A stretch of DNA of 64,000 bases, taken from NCBI RefSeq assembly GCF_006345805.1, contig NC_043005.1, forward strand, positions 32,922,001 to 32,986,000, written 5' to 3'. This DNA comes from Octopus sinensis. Its lineage: Eukaryota. Shown here piece after piece: positions 23,278-35,355 of the stretch. The notes beneath the pieces were generated by a model that worked only from the letters and a program-made list of their open reading frames with translations, was not told where the DNA came from and made no database searches. A program made the position numbers and the translations under genes. How positions within the stretch are numbered: position 1 is the first letter of the stretch; every line of letters starts with the position of its first letter.

Positions 23278-24658
23278 AATTGGAACTGCCGTCCTGGAAC
23301 CATCTGCCCGTTACAAACCCATTGCAGAAGATATAATGTAATTTACAAATGCAGTGTCCTTAATCTATTACACAACTCTACAGCCATATACATAGGATCA
23401 ACCAAAAATTTTAAGCAACGATATGCTGCTCTCCTCCATTCTTTTAGATACGATAAACATAGTAAATCTACAACACTCGCCAACCACATACAATATGTTT
23501 CCACAATACCACTTAGGTAATCCCAATAACCTTATAAATCTACATATTAACTCCTAACCCCTATCTAATTCATCTTTCATACTCGAATATCAAAACCGTT
23601 TAATTATATTCGTTTGTATATGTGTACATACATATATGCGTGTGTGCATGTGTGTGTATGTGTGTATGTGTGTGTATGTATGTATGCAAGGTATATATAC
23701 CTGCGTGTGCAGGGGCAATAATACATACAGATACACGTATGTGTGGGTGTACGTATATACATATACATATGATTACGTGTTGTATGTGTAGATGTTGATA
23801 TGTATAAATATCTGTATAAATAACATGTTTAATATATGCATCTGTATACATCTTCATATATATATTTTCTTCTACTACTAAACACTGACCTGTCCAACCA
23901 ACCTAACCTATATTCCCAAATTCTTCATTCCACCATTTTACTACCCCTACCCCCCTCTCTCTCTGTCCCATTACTTAGGTTCTATCACTACATACCTGAC
24001 ACTCCTTTACTCTTTACAATATTATACCTCTCTCTCTATCACCCATCAACACCCATTCCTTCTATCTGACACTCCTTTACTCTTTACCCTATCATCTTAC
24101 ACTCTCATATCTTTCTCTCTCTATCACGCTCACATCCCCATTCCTACTATCAATTTATCTTGACTGACCACTAACCAGTACATGTTCCTTCTCTTCATCT
24201 CTTTATTATCTCTCTCCTTGCTTTTCTTTTCTTCTTTTTCTTCTTTCTTTTCTTTATTCCTCTCTTCCTGCTTTCGATTTGACCTTACAAATACATTCCC
24301 TACTTTTAGGTCACTTTAAATAAAACCCTCGATTCAATACTACGATGTATAAACCCTATACTTGGAATGATCAATTTTAAATACTATTGGAACTTACTCA
24401 CAAGGTACTGCAATCTTATATGTATACCATTCTGCCTAAATAATGGATCTACAGATGCAATATCCATGCATGTCTCAACTATTTTCATTCCTCTACTTCA
24501 CTCTCTATTTCATATTTTATCTAAATTAACTATTGCGTAACCATTTTCCCGCACCGTCTCCAATGAAGGGATATATAAGATATCCCGGGAACAGCTGTAA
24601 GACCTTCTATTTATAAATGTTCTAAAATCTTTCACAGCCTTGGATTTTTGTCTCATTC

Positions 24659-24660
<2 letters not shown>
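23278..24660 (+). mobile_element. Penelope-like element 3' part: GIY-YIG remnant, microsatellite-interrupted spacer, terminal repeat with hammerhead
   Basis: 23278-23520 reads NCRPGTICPLQTHC..NVIYKCSV...IYIGSTKNFKQRY...HSFR...STTLANHI. 24340-24660 is homologous to 7586-7830. Continuity across 23600-24300 is assumed. Confidence 0.75.
24556..24603 (+). ncRNA. decayed hammerhead motif, same family as 7733-7787
   Basis: GTCT-CCAATGA-A-GGGATAT-ataag-ATATCCC-G-GGAAC-AGCT-GTA-AGAC: helix I (4 bp) and helix II (7 bp) are perfect, core is mutated. Confidence 0.55.
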
Positions 24661-24694
<34 letters not shown>

Positions 24695-24697
<3 letters not shown>

Positions 24698-25875
24698 AGG
24701 TTGGATAAAATAATGGAAATACCTAGCATCATAGTATCATAGCATCATAATTTTGAAATATCTATAAAACCGTCAAAAGCTGGTTTATTTTTATGGTTTT
24801 TAATTTATTATTACTGTTGTTTAATATGTTTTGCTAAAATTGCTGTTTGTTTTCAGATATCATCAGAAAAAAGTTATTAAAATTCTTTGAAATGACGGCT
24901 CTATCGGACTTTCAAAGAGGTCATATTGTTGGTGTTCGTATGGTAGGCGCTAGCACAACGAAGACAGCCGAAATATTTGGTGTATCAAGAAGTACTGTCT
25001 CAAAAGTAATGACAGCCTTTGAGGAAGAGGGGAAAGCCTCCTCGTCGAAACAAAACTCCGGAAGAAAACCAAAACTTTCAAATACTTACGCGAATTGTTA
25101 GAAAGGATCACAAAAGTACAGCTCCAAAAATTACTGCAGAGCTTAATGACCACCCTGAGAACCCAGTTTCCACAAAAATTGTTCGTCGGGAGCTGCACAA
25201 AACCAGATTTCACGGGAGGACTGGAATCAGAAAACCACTACTTTCAAAAACAAACGTTGCAAAGCCTTTAGAGTGGAGTAAAAACCTACAGAATTGGTCC
25301 CTAGAGCAGCGGAAAAATATCATTTTCTTGGATGAGTTATCCTTTACTGCCTTCTTCCAACTGTTAAACATGGAGGAGGATCTGGGTGGGGGGCTATATC
25401 TTGGAAATCCGCCAGCCCAATGGTTTCTATTCATGGCAAAATTAATAGTCAAGACTAAGCATTTTATCTGATCAAATTCATCCAATGGTTGTGGAACTGT
25501 TTCCGGAAGGAAACGCAATCTTTTAGGATGATAATGCATCAATTCACACAACTAAAGTTGTTACTGAATGGCACGAGGAACATTTTAGTCAAGTTGAACA
25601 CTTTTCTGGCCACCACAGTCCAAAGATCTCAATATTAATGAACATTTTAGAAAAACAAGTAATGAATCGATAACGTCCACCATAATCACTACAAGAACTG
25701 GAGACTGTTTTAACTGAAGAATGGACAAAAATTCCCTTGGAAACAATCCAAACTTTGTACGAGTCCATACCTCGTAGAATTCAAGCTGTAATTACTGCTA
25801 AAGACGGTCCTATCCCATATTAAAATAAATTTGTTTGAAAATTTAAGGTGTTTCCATTATTTTGTCCAATTACTG
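24695..25875 (+). mobile_element. Tc1-family transposon, same family as 7867-9125, small internal deletion
   Basis: TIRs cggaggttggataaaataatggaaatacct and aggtgtttccattattttgtccaattactg. MTALSDFQRGHIVG, VRRELHK...RKPLL, DNASIH, WPPQS. Confidence 0.93.
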
Positions 25876-25950
25876 TATATATTATATTATATTATATTAT
25901 ATTATATTATATTATATTATATTATATTATATTTATATATACATACATGC

Positions 25951-26335
25951 ATGTGTCGTAAGAAGCTTGTCTCTCAACCACATGGTTTCGGGTTTAGTCC
26001 CACTGGGTGGCACCTTGGACTGTGTCTTCTATTATATAGCTTCGAGCCTACCAAAGTTTTGTGAATGGATTTAATAGACGGAAACCGAAGATATACATAT
26101 ATATATATGTATATGTCTCTTTGTATCTCTGTTCGTCCTCCACACCACCGCCGCTTGACAACCGATGCTGGTGTGTTAACGTTCCCGTGACTTAGCATTT
26201 CAGCAAAAGACACCGATCGAATAAATAGCAGGCTTTAAAAAATGAGTACTGTGATCGATTCGCTCAACTAAAAAGTTCTCCATGGTGTTGCCCCGGCATG
26301 GCTGCAGTCTAAAGACTGAAACAAGTAAAAGATAA
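25951..26335 (+). mobile_element. SINE-B
   Basis: Head ...catggtttcgggtttagtccc, internal microsatellite, tail catggctgcagtctaaagactgaaacaagtaaaag. Confidence 0.88.
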
Positions 26336-26516
26336 AAAAATGTATGTATGTATGTATGTATGTATGTATGTATGTATGTATGTATGTATGTATGTATGTA
26401 TGTATGTATGTGTGTATGTATGTATGTTGATACGTAGTTATGTACATATGTATGTATGTATATATATAATGTATTTATATATAAAATGTATTTATATATA
26501 CATTATATACATATGT

Positions 26517-26588
<72 letters not shown>

Positions 26589-27258
26589 GTGCTTAAGTAT
26601 AACAAAATGTGTATGAATGTATGAGCGTATTTTTTGCGTGAAATAAGTGGCGAATGTTTTTGTAATAAAGAGCAACAGGGATAATATTACATGTGGAGAA
26701 AATGTTGCTAGAAATAGATGTGAAACGAGATTGATGAGAGAAACATTTCCTCGTCTAACGAAGAAAAAGCTACTCATACTGTAAGAATAAGACAGTATAG
26801 AATAAACGTTATGTACTGTGTTGAGCGTTTTCATACCAATTCTTATTGGTCTGTCTTTCAATTTTTTTCTTTTTATTTTGATTTTTTTCTTCTTTGATTA
26901 TTTGTCATAGAATTCTTGTTTGCGAAGGAGAAGAATTGGAGACAAATTCCTCCGATAATGGTGCCGTAGAAACAGGAAAAAAATAAAATGATGGACATCG
27001 CATTCCATGATAACATCCAGCAGAAAAACTTACACTACTCACACCCAAACGTTAAATTATCTCAAAGTGGCGTAATAGTACAGCAAAGAATTTGCCAAAT
27101 ATCATTCAAATCACGTGACCATATTTGATAAATTGTTTGCATTTTGAGATTTTTAATTTATATCTTTACCCTCTTAGAAACTTCGAAAGGTAAGACAGAG
27201 ATACAAAGACATACACGAACACACACACACATATATGTATGTATGTGTGTGTGTGTGT

Positions 27259-27640
27259 AGACGCAGGAGTGCCTGTGTGGTAAATAGCTTGCTTACCAAC
27301 CACATGGTTCCGGGTTCAGTTCCACAACTTGGCCTCCTGGGCAAATATCTTCTACTATAGCCTCGAGCTGACCAAATTCTTGTGAGTAGATTTGGTAGAC
27401 GGAAACCGAAAGAAGTCCGTCGTATAATATATATGTCTGTACGTCTGTGTTTGTCCCCCACCATCAGCGCTTGATAACCAATGTTGGTGTGTTTACGTCT
27501 CCGTAAATTAGCGATTCGGCAAAAGAGAGCGATAGAATAAGAACTAGGTTTACAAAGAATAAGCTCTGGGATCAATTTGTTTGACTACAGACGGTGCTCC
27601 AGCATGGCCGCAGTCAACTGACTGAAACAAATAAAAGAAT
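27259..27640 (+). mobile_element. SINE-B, near full length
   Basis: A-box-like gtgcctgtgtggtaa, B box gggttcagttcc, tail ggtgctccagcatggccgcagtcaactgactgaaacaaataaaag. An inverted head fragment follows at 27688-27832. Confidence 0.92.
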
Positions 27641-27645
27641 ATATG

Positions 27646-27690
<45 letters not shown>

Positions 27691-27925
27691 CAATCTTCTT
27701 TCAGTTTCCATTTACTAGATCCACTCACAAGACTGGTTGCCTGAAGACGCTTACCCAAGGAAACATGCAGCAGGACTGAACCCGGAACCATGTAGTATGG
27801 AAGCAGGCGTCTTCCCACACAGCCACACCAGTACGTGTACATACATACATACATACACACATACACACATACATACATACATACATACATACATACATAC
27901 ATGCATACATACATACATACATACA

Positions 27926-27955
<30 letters not shown>

Positions 27956-27957
<2 letters not shown>

Positions 27958-28831
27958 CGAGAGAGAAACTGGATTTTTGCAATATTATTTTATTCACTTT
28001 TACATGTTTACACTTTTATTGCTGTCAAAGTATTCTCCATTTGAAGCAATGCATTGATCCAGACGCGTTTCCTACTGCTCAAACCAGTGTTGGAACTCTT
28101 GGAAAGTGATGCCCTTTAATACCTCTGTCGTTTTTTCTCTTCCACATCTGCTCCTCCAGTACTGTTCTGATCTCGTCAACAAAATTCATATGTTTTCCGT
28201 CCAAATGATTTTGAAGACTGCGGAATAAATGATAATCAGACGGGGCGAATATGGTGCATCGCTTCCCTAACTGCTTTGGAGTGTCATCTTCGTTGCCTGT
28301 GGCCGGGCATTATCCTGATGGAAGAACACTTTTCGTCTTGGAACCAAAGATGGTTGCTTTTCTCCTTGCGCTGACTTGAATGACTGGTTGAATGACAAAA
28401 TCCAAGCTTCTCTGATAGTTCCTCGACAGTTACGATGGGATTTTGTTCCACCAGGTTTTGCAGGACGTCCTCTTTCGGGAAGAGGCTCGTCTTCTAGGCT
28501 GTAGTTTCCGGCTCAGAGTTTCCGGAACCACTGTTGACACTGACTTACGCCTATTGTCAGATCCCTATATGCTGCATTAATATTCCTCGCACTTACCGTT
28601 GCGTTGTTGCCTTTATTGAACTCATTAAGCAAAATATGCTGAATATGGTCCTTTGTTGCATCCATTATAGCTTTGAAAAAATAACTGTTAAAATCGAACT
28701 GCACTCTTCAAAACTTGCACTAAGAATAAATACAAGGTAAAATTACCACCTGCTTTTATAGCAAGTTGATGCAGGTAGTTTATCCTGTCCCTCTCCGACT
28801 TTGAAAAAAACGCATTATTTATGGGATGACC

Positions 28832-28836
<5 letters not shown>
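27956..28836 (-). mobile_element. chimeric, internally deleted mariner (two families joined near 28150)
   Basis: Right end cgcattatttatgggatgacccaa with MDATKDHIQHILLNEFNKG and HQDNARP matches the 5633-6370 family up to gtactggagga. The left part encodes a different C-terminus and ends in a different TIR type (tacgagag...). Confidence 0.8.
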
Positions 28837-28894
<58 letters not shown>

Positions 28895-29556
28895 CATATA
28901 CATATAAGTATATATGGATCCAGCATGGCCACAGCTCATGAGCTGAAACTGGAAAAATCAAAAAATAAAAATCAAAATATATACATGCATGTTTGTATAT
29001 GTATATGTATACATATATTCACACACACGTATCATATGTAATACATGTATATACACATATTTATGCATGTATAATAGAAAGAAGTGTGTGTATATAAGTA
29101 CTCAATGCACAATGTATAGTTTCATGTAACCGATGATTTAAGTGAGTCACTCATCTGAGTAATCTTTAACTTGGAATATCATTTACTGTTTAAGAAACTT
29201 GAAATTTAAAACGTGTGTGTGTGTGTATGTGTGCATGCGAGCATATGAGTGTGTGTGCTTATGTGTGCCTGCGAGTGTATGCGTGTGTGCATGTGAGTGT
29301 GGCATGTGAGTGTGGCATGTGAGTGTGTAAATGGTGTGCGTGCGGGTGTGTTTGTGTGTGTGTGCACGCTCGCGCGATCGCGAGTGTGTATTTGTGTTTT
29401 TGTGTTTGCGTGCGTGCAACTACGTGTGTATGTGTGTGTGCGTAAGGTGGTAGTTGAGTGTTACAACATACTGAATGTCTTCCGGTGAGTGCCGTGTAAG
29501 ACCCTATGTTATGAGTGACGTCATAACTTCATACCATACTGTTTCACTGCTCCCAT

Positions 29557-29672
29557 AACCCTGCTGGAAACATATATCCCAAACAGCAATCCTTTATCCA
29601 CGACCACCGCCACCAACCCTGCTGGAAACATATATCCCAAAGAGCAATCCTTTATCCACGACCACCGCCACC
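29557..29672. repeat. 58-bp tandem duplication
   Basis: aaccctgctggaaacatatatcccaaa(c/g)agcaatcctttatccacgaccaccgccacc x2, one mismatch. Confidence 0.95.
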
Positions 29673-30204
29673 AGCACACCACAACGGGAGTTACTGCCTT
29701 CGCCGCCACTATTTCCATGAAGAGCACCTACAGATTTCCAAGTAATGAAAACGTCTGGTTTTATTAATTTAAGAGTAAACAAAAATAAATTTTGTCTTTG
29801 GACAGCAGCAAGTGATAAGTATAGAGAAACGCGATGATGTGATTTTCAGAGAAGCAGAAGCTGAATCAATTTTGTAGGGGGATTTTCCTCCAGAAATGTC
29901 TGGTTGCGACCTTTAATTAAAGTTAATTGCATCGTAAACCTTTCATGATCCTCTTTAACTATATCAGAGATAAAGTTACAGAGGAACAATAAAAAAAAAA
30001 AAAATAAAAATATAAAACATAAAAATAAATAAATAAATAAATAAGAGCAGACGCGAAATAGTTAAAGAGGTAAACAAGAAGTATCTTGGCGGATGTTTAT
30101 GGATGAAGGCTGCGTTAAAAGAAGATAAAAGTGAGTCGGTGTTGGTAGTGGAGAGGCTGCTAGTGACGATGGTGATGGTGGCAAGGGAAAGTGGAGTAGT
30201 GACA

Positions 30205-30239
<35 letters not shown>

Positions 30240-30481
30240 AATGGTGGTGGTGGTGATGAAGATGATGATGGTGGCGGTGGTGGTGGTGGTGAAAGTGGTG
30301 GGTAAAACAGTAAAGATGGTGGCGATTTGGGGGTTAATGGTGGTGGTGGTGGTGGCTGTGGTGTTGGTCTTGAAGGTGAAGATTATGATGAAGATGGAGA
30401 TGATAACGATAGATGATAATGATGATGATGATGATGGTCGTGGTAGCGATGTTAGTGAATGCTATGGTAGTATTGATGATA

Positions 30482-30529
<48 letters not shown>

Positions 30530-30642
30530 ATGATGGATCAACGACCAGATGATAAAATTTGAATATCACAAATAGGAATTTGAATATCACAAATAGGAAG
30601 CCACTGAGCAAGTAGGGAAGATCCTGTTGCCGAAAGGTAACC

Positions 30643-30697
<55 letters not shown>

Positions 30698-31633
30698 ACA
30701 CACGTACACATGCACACACATACACACCCAGATGCACACACACACACGCACACATGCACACACATACACACACACACACATATATATATATATACACACA
30801 CATCACACATACACACACACAACACACACATGCACACACACTCACACAACGTACACACACACACACAGCACATACATACACAGACTCAAACTATTTTTCC
30901 TCTTCCTCCTCTCTCTCCCTCCCCTACCTCCACCTCGCTCTCTCTCTCTCTCTCTTTGCCGTCTGTTTCTGTGCCCGGCTGTCTGTCTCTGTGTCTATCT
31001 TTCTTTCTGGCTGTCCTTCCCTCCCTTCTTCTCTTTCTCTTCTCTCACACGTCTATTCTCTCTTTGTCCTTTCTCTCTCCCCCCTCTCTCTCCCTCTCTC
31101 TCTCTCTCCCTCTGCTTCTGTCTGTCTCCTGTCTCTCTCCCTCTCTTTCTCTGTCTCTCGTTCTCTTTCTCTGTCTCTCTCTCTTTCTCACTCTGTTTTT
31201 TCGTCTGTTTTACCAATAAATGCCAGCAATTGATGAAATACCGTTTGATTGTAATTCAGAAGACGATATCCATCATGACTTGTGTTTCCTGTCTGACCTT
31301 CAAACTGCTAACGATAATAAATCTAATCCATATTAAGAGAGTTAAACAAATGAGTTAAGAGAGCCGATTCAGAGATTTCCTCCTCAGAAAAATAAATAAA
31401 TGAAACTTAACACGTTAGTAGACAAGGGGAAGGAGACAAGGGAGTGGGGTTACTTTTAGAAACTGCCAATAGGGAAGATAATGTTAGAAGAACCGATTAA
31501 TAGAGGAGCTGTTGAGCGACGTTTCTGTTGTGTAGTTTCACGTCTGCCCTATACTTATGATGAAAGGCATTCCAGCCTGTGCTATCCCATTTGTTTAACG
31601 AGTACCGTGAAATACATTATGCTGTTTGTCATT

Positions 31634-31673
<40 letters not shown>

Positions 31674-32044
31674 TCAAGAGCCTGTGTTTTTAGAGATTTG
31701 CCTGCTGTTTTTAGCAGATCGAATGACCACATGAAGGGGCCATGGTTGGGGTATCATGGGATGAAGAGGAAACTTCGCTGGATGATGCTCTTGAATGTTT
31801 CTCAAATAACGTCCCATTATTAATCAAAGAAGACGCTTTAGATAATGTAGTCTGAGGTAGACAATTCCTGAAAGAAAGGAAAAAAAAAAAACGACTGCCA
31901 ATTTGCTTTCATTGTTAAAACCCCTAAACTGCATGTTAAGCTACTTCTGAAATGGTAGACCGATAATCAAAGGCGTTCACTATTCTGATATTTTTCGTAA
32001 AGAAGATTATATTGGCCAATGCACCAGTTTACATTTAGAACAGT

Positions 32045-32208
32045 TAGAAGTTAGAAGGCCTGATTTAGTAGTAATAGATAAAGAGAATAGAAAGTGCCAG
32101 ATAATTGACTTTACAGTCCCAAATGATGAAAAAATCAATTTGAGAGATATAACAAAATACTAGAACCTAGCTATTGAATTACAGGCTATGGAAAACGCAG
32201 GTAAAACG
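32045..32208 (+). mobile_element. R4/Dong-like RLE domain fragment, cut at the left end of the pogo-like element
   Basis: VRRPDLVVIDKENRKCQIIDFTVPND...KY*NLAIEL. Confidence 0.85.
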
Positions 32209-33770
32209 TAGGGGAGACCGGGTCTAGTTGTTACACGGATAAGTTGTTACAAGCCCATTGTTTCCAACTTCAAGAAATAGGTGGCACTCGGGTCTCTACC
32301 TCGTGAAGGCCAACTCCATAGTATCATGACTGCACATGTGTATTGCTCTGGCGGGTTGTCACCGGGAAAAGTATGGCTAAAACAACGATTTTTTACTCCA
32401 AAAGTGAGATTTTGCCACAAAGTTATTTCCTTAATTACTAAAGCACACATGGTGTTACTGAAGTAGTTTGTGGCTCATTAGGAAGTGTTGGCAGTTACCT
32501 TCGATAGATGAAGGTGTGTCCTGGGTGCGATGCATTGCTAGTGCTGTGTACGAGGTAATCCCCAGAAATCCATGGTCGAGGCTAATTATTACCCCAGGCA
32601 TGTAACAATTACCTCTTCTATTTCAGTTTAACACGTCATACCTAGAAATTACAAAAGAAAGACTACATGGGGGATACCGCCCCTGATGTCATGGAAAGAG
32701 CCGCTAGAAAAGTTGTGGATGAAAAGAAATTATGGGATGTTGCCAAAGATTTCGAGGTAGGTTTCAGGTTCATTAGATATGAAGTTACCGGTGTCCCTTG
32801 CACTAAGCTTTCAAGATGTTAACAGAACGTCAGCTTTACCAAAAAGTAAACCTTCAACTTCGTTATATGTTCAGGTGAATTTCATGATGCTGCAGAGATA
32901 CTGCAAGAAACTAAGGACAGATGGGAAAATAACCAGTGTTGGATATGCTTCTCCGCGTGCAGTTTTTACCAAGGAGCAAGAAGACTTGCTTGTGACCTAC
33001 ATCCTTAAAGCTGCAAAAATTTACCATGGTCTGACTCCTTTTGACATTCTAAGCCTTGCTTATGACTATGCGAAGGCCAATGAAATCAAGTGTCCAGATT
33101 CCTGGTCTGCCAATGAATGCGCTGGTGTTGACTGGTTCTCGAAGTTTATGAAGCGGAATTCCAACCTTTCCAGAAGCCACAAGTCTGAGTATGGCAACGA
33201 ACTTCAATCGAACAAGTTTTTTGATAATCTGACAGAGGTGCTTGACTGCTACAAGTTTGAGGGCCATGATATCTACAACTGTGAGGAGACTGGTGTCACA
33301 ACAGTGCAACGACCAGATTGAATTGTGGCAGAGAAAGGAGTGAAACAAGTAGGAGCGATGACTTCCACTGAGAGAGGGATCTGGTGACAGTCTGCCATGC
33401 AGTAAATACCAGCGGTTATGCAACACCACCAATACTAGTGTTCCCGTGTTCCCTAGAGTCCACTTCCGTGAATACTTCATTACTAATGGGCCAACAGGTT
33501 GCTGTGAATCAGCAAATCCAAGTGGATGGATGAAGGAGGCAGATTTTCTTAAATTTCTGGAACACTTCGTGAAGTACACTCGTTGCAACAAAAAGCATCT
33601 TGTCCTGTTGCTACTTGACAACCACAACTCCCATATCTCATTGGCTATCATTGATTTCTGCCGAGACAATGGTATTGTTCTGCTATCATTCCCCCCACAC
33701 TGCTCACATAAGCTACAGCCATTCGATCGGAGTGTCTATGGTCCTCTTAAGAAGTACGTGAATAGGTAGA
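32209..33770 (+). mobile_element. pogo/Tigger-superfamily transposon (HTH_psq, CENP-B-type HTH, DDE_1), 3' truncated, one intron
   Basis: Terminus taggggagaccggg. (M)PRNYKRKT, KDFE|VNFMMLQRY, GVDWFSKFMKRN, IYNCEETG, FPRVHF, SGWM, LLLDNHNSH, FPPHCSHKLQPFD. GT-AG intron at 32757-32874. Confidence 0.9.
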
Positions 33771-34274
33771 CCAGTGCAAAGACGCAATCTCTCAACTAGA
33801 ACGTTTAAATAAAGAAACTTTTTTCATTGAAAAATACAAAACACGTCTTAATATGCACGCATAACCAACTTTTATCTTTTCACATATTTCAATTCACGAT
33901 TACATCACTGTACATAAATCCCCTACTAAACAAGGTTTTTGAAACTTGTCTCTGTCTGTACACATATAAATCCCACCCATTACCGAAAGCTGAACAGTTA
34001 TCTCCCTTACCCACAACAATAACAATAATAGCGACAACCAATCACCTCCCTTTATTTATCTACTTGTGAAGTCATTCACTCGTGAATTTCATCACACACA
34101 ACATCGACAAAATTTCTTCTTAAGAAAAAATATATATTCAAATAAGTAAAACATAATATCATGAATAGCGATAGCGAAACCGATCGATATATTAAAAATT
34201 ATATTAAAACTATGTAAGTGTGCGTATTTTACATTTTAAATTTCTTATATATATATATATATATAATATATATA

Positions 34275-34317
<43 letters not shown>

Positions 34318-34321
<4 letters not shown>

Positions 34322-34560
34322 TATGTTTTAATTCTTTCAGTCATTAGATTGCAGTCATGTTGGCGTACCGCCATGAAGAATTTCTAATCGAATGAATCGA
34401 CTCCAGTACGTTTTTATTTAATCCTAGTACTTATTCTATCGGTGTTTTTTGACGAACCGCTGGGTTGTGCGGACATAAACACACCAATACAACGGCACAC
34501 ACGCGCGCGCATATACGACGAGTTTCTTTCTATTTCCGTCCACCAAATCCATTCACAAAC
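34318..34560 (-). mobile_element. SINE-B fragment
   Basis: ttcagtcattagattgcagtcatgttggcgtaccgcc...ctagtacttattctatcgg...gaaccgct. Confidence 0.8.
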
Positions 34561-35315
34561 CTTTCGTACGAAATTGAAATAAGATTTATCATTTTTCTGA
34601 AATCAGATATAGTTCCATTCCTCTACAGGTTCGTATACACTTACAATAAAAAGGGTTTCTCACTCTTTCCGTAGAACCTCAGTTACCCCTCTCCCACCTT
34701 CAGAATCTTTATTCACACCGGTAGATCCGACTCATTCGAACAGCAAACAATAGCAACTAAAACAAGACCGGAAAAGGAAGAAACAAAAACAGGCACCGTA
34801 AAAGTTTATAATTTTATTTGTCTACTTCAGATTTTTCTGCTTCATGAAAAAAAGGAGAGAAAGAAAGAAAGAAAGAAAGAAAGAAAAAGATGGCTGAAAT
34901 CGTTAGAGCTGGTCTCATTGCAGTCATTATAGTTCGGATTGTATGAAACTAAAGTAAATATTTCCTATGTCGTTATGAATTCCCGGTCGTAAAACACTTG
35001 TTTTAACCCCGTACACTCGTTTCCTATAAGTGTCTTGTGTAATGGACGTGTGATTTGCATGCTTGCATGGAGGTGTGTGTGCACCTATGTACGTAGGTAG
35101 GAATGTATGTGTATATTTTTGTGTGCGCGTATATGTATATGTTTGTATATGTGTGTTTGCGTTTGGTTTGTTACCTAAAGAAAAAGCTAAGCCAAACGGA
35201 GTGGAAAGTGGGGACCGATTCGTCAACATATGGCTGTTCGTATTTCCTAAATGATGTTACACCATGCATAACTAAATACATACCCTTTAATTACTTACTC
35301 ACACACACACACACA

Positions 35316-35355
<40 letters not shown>

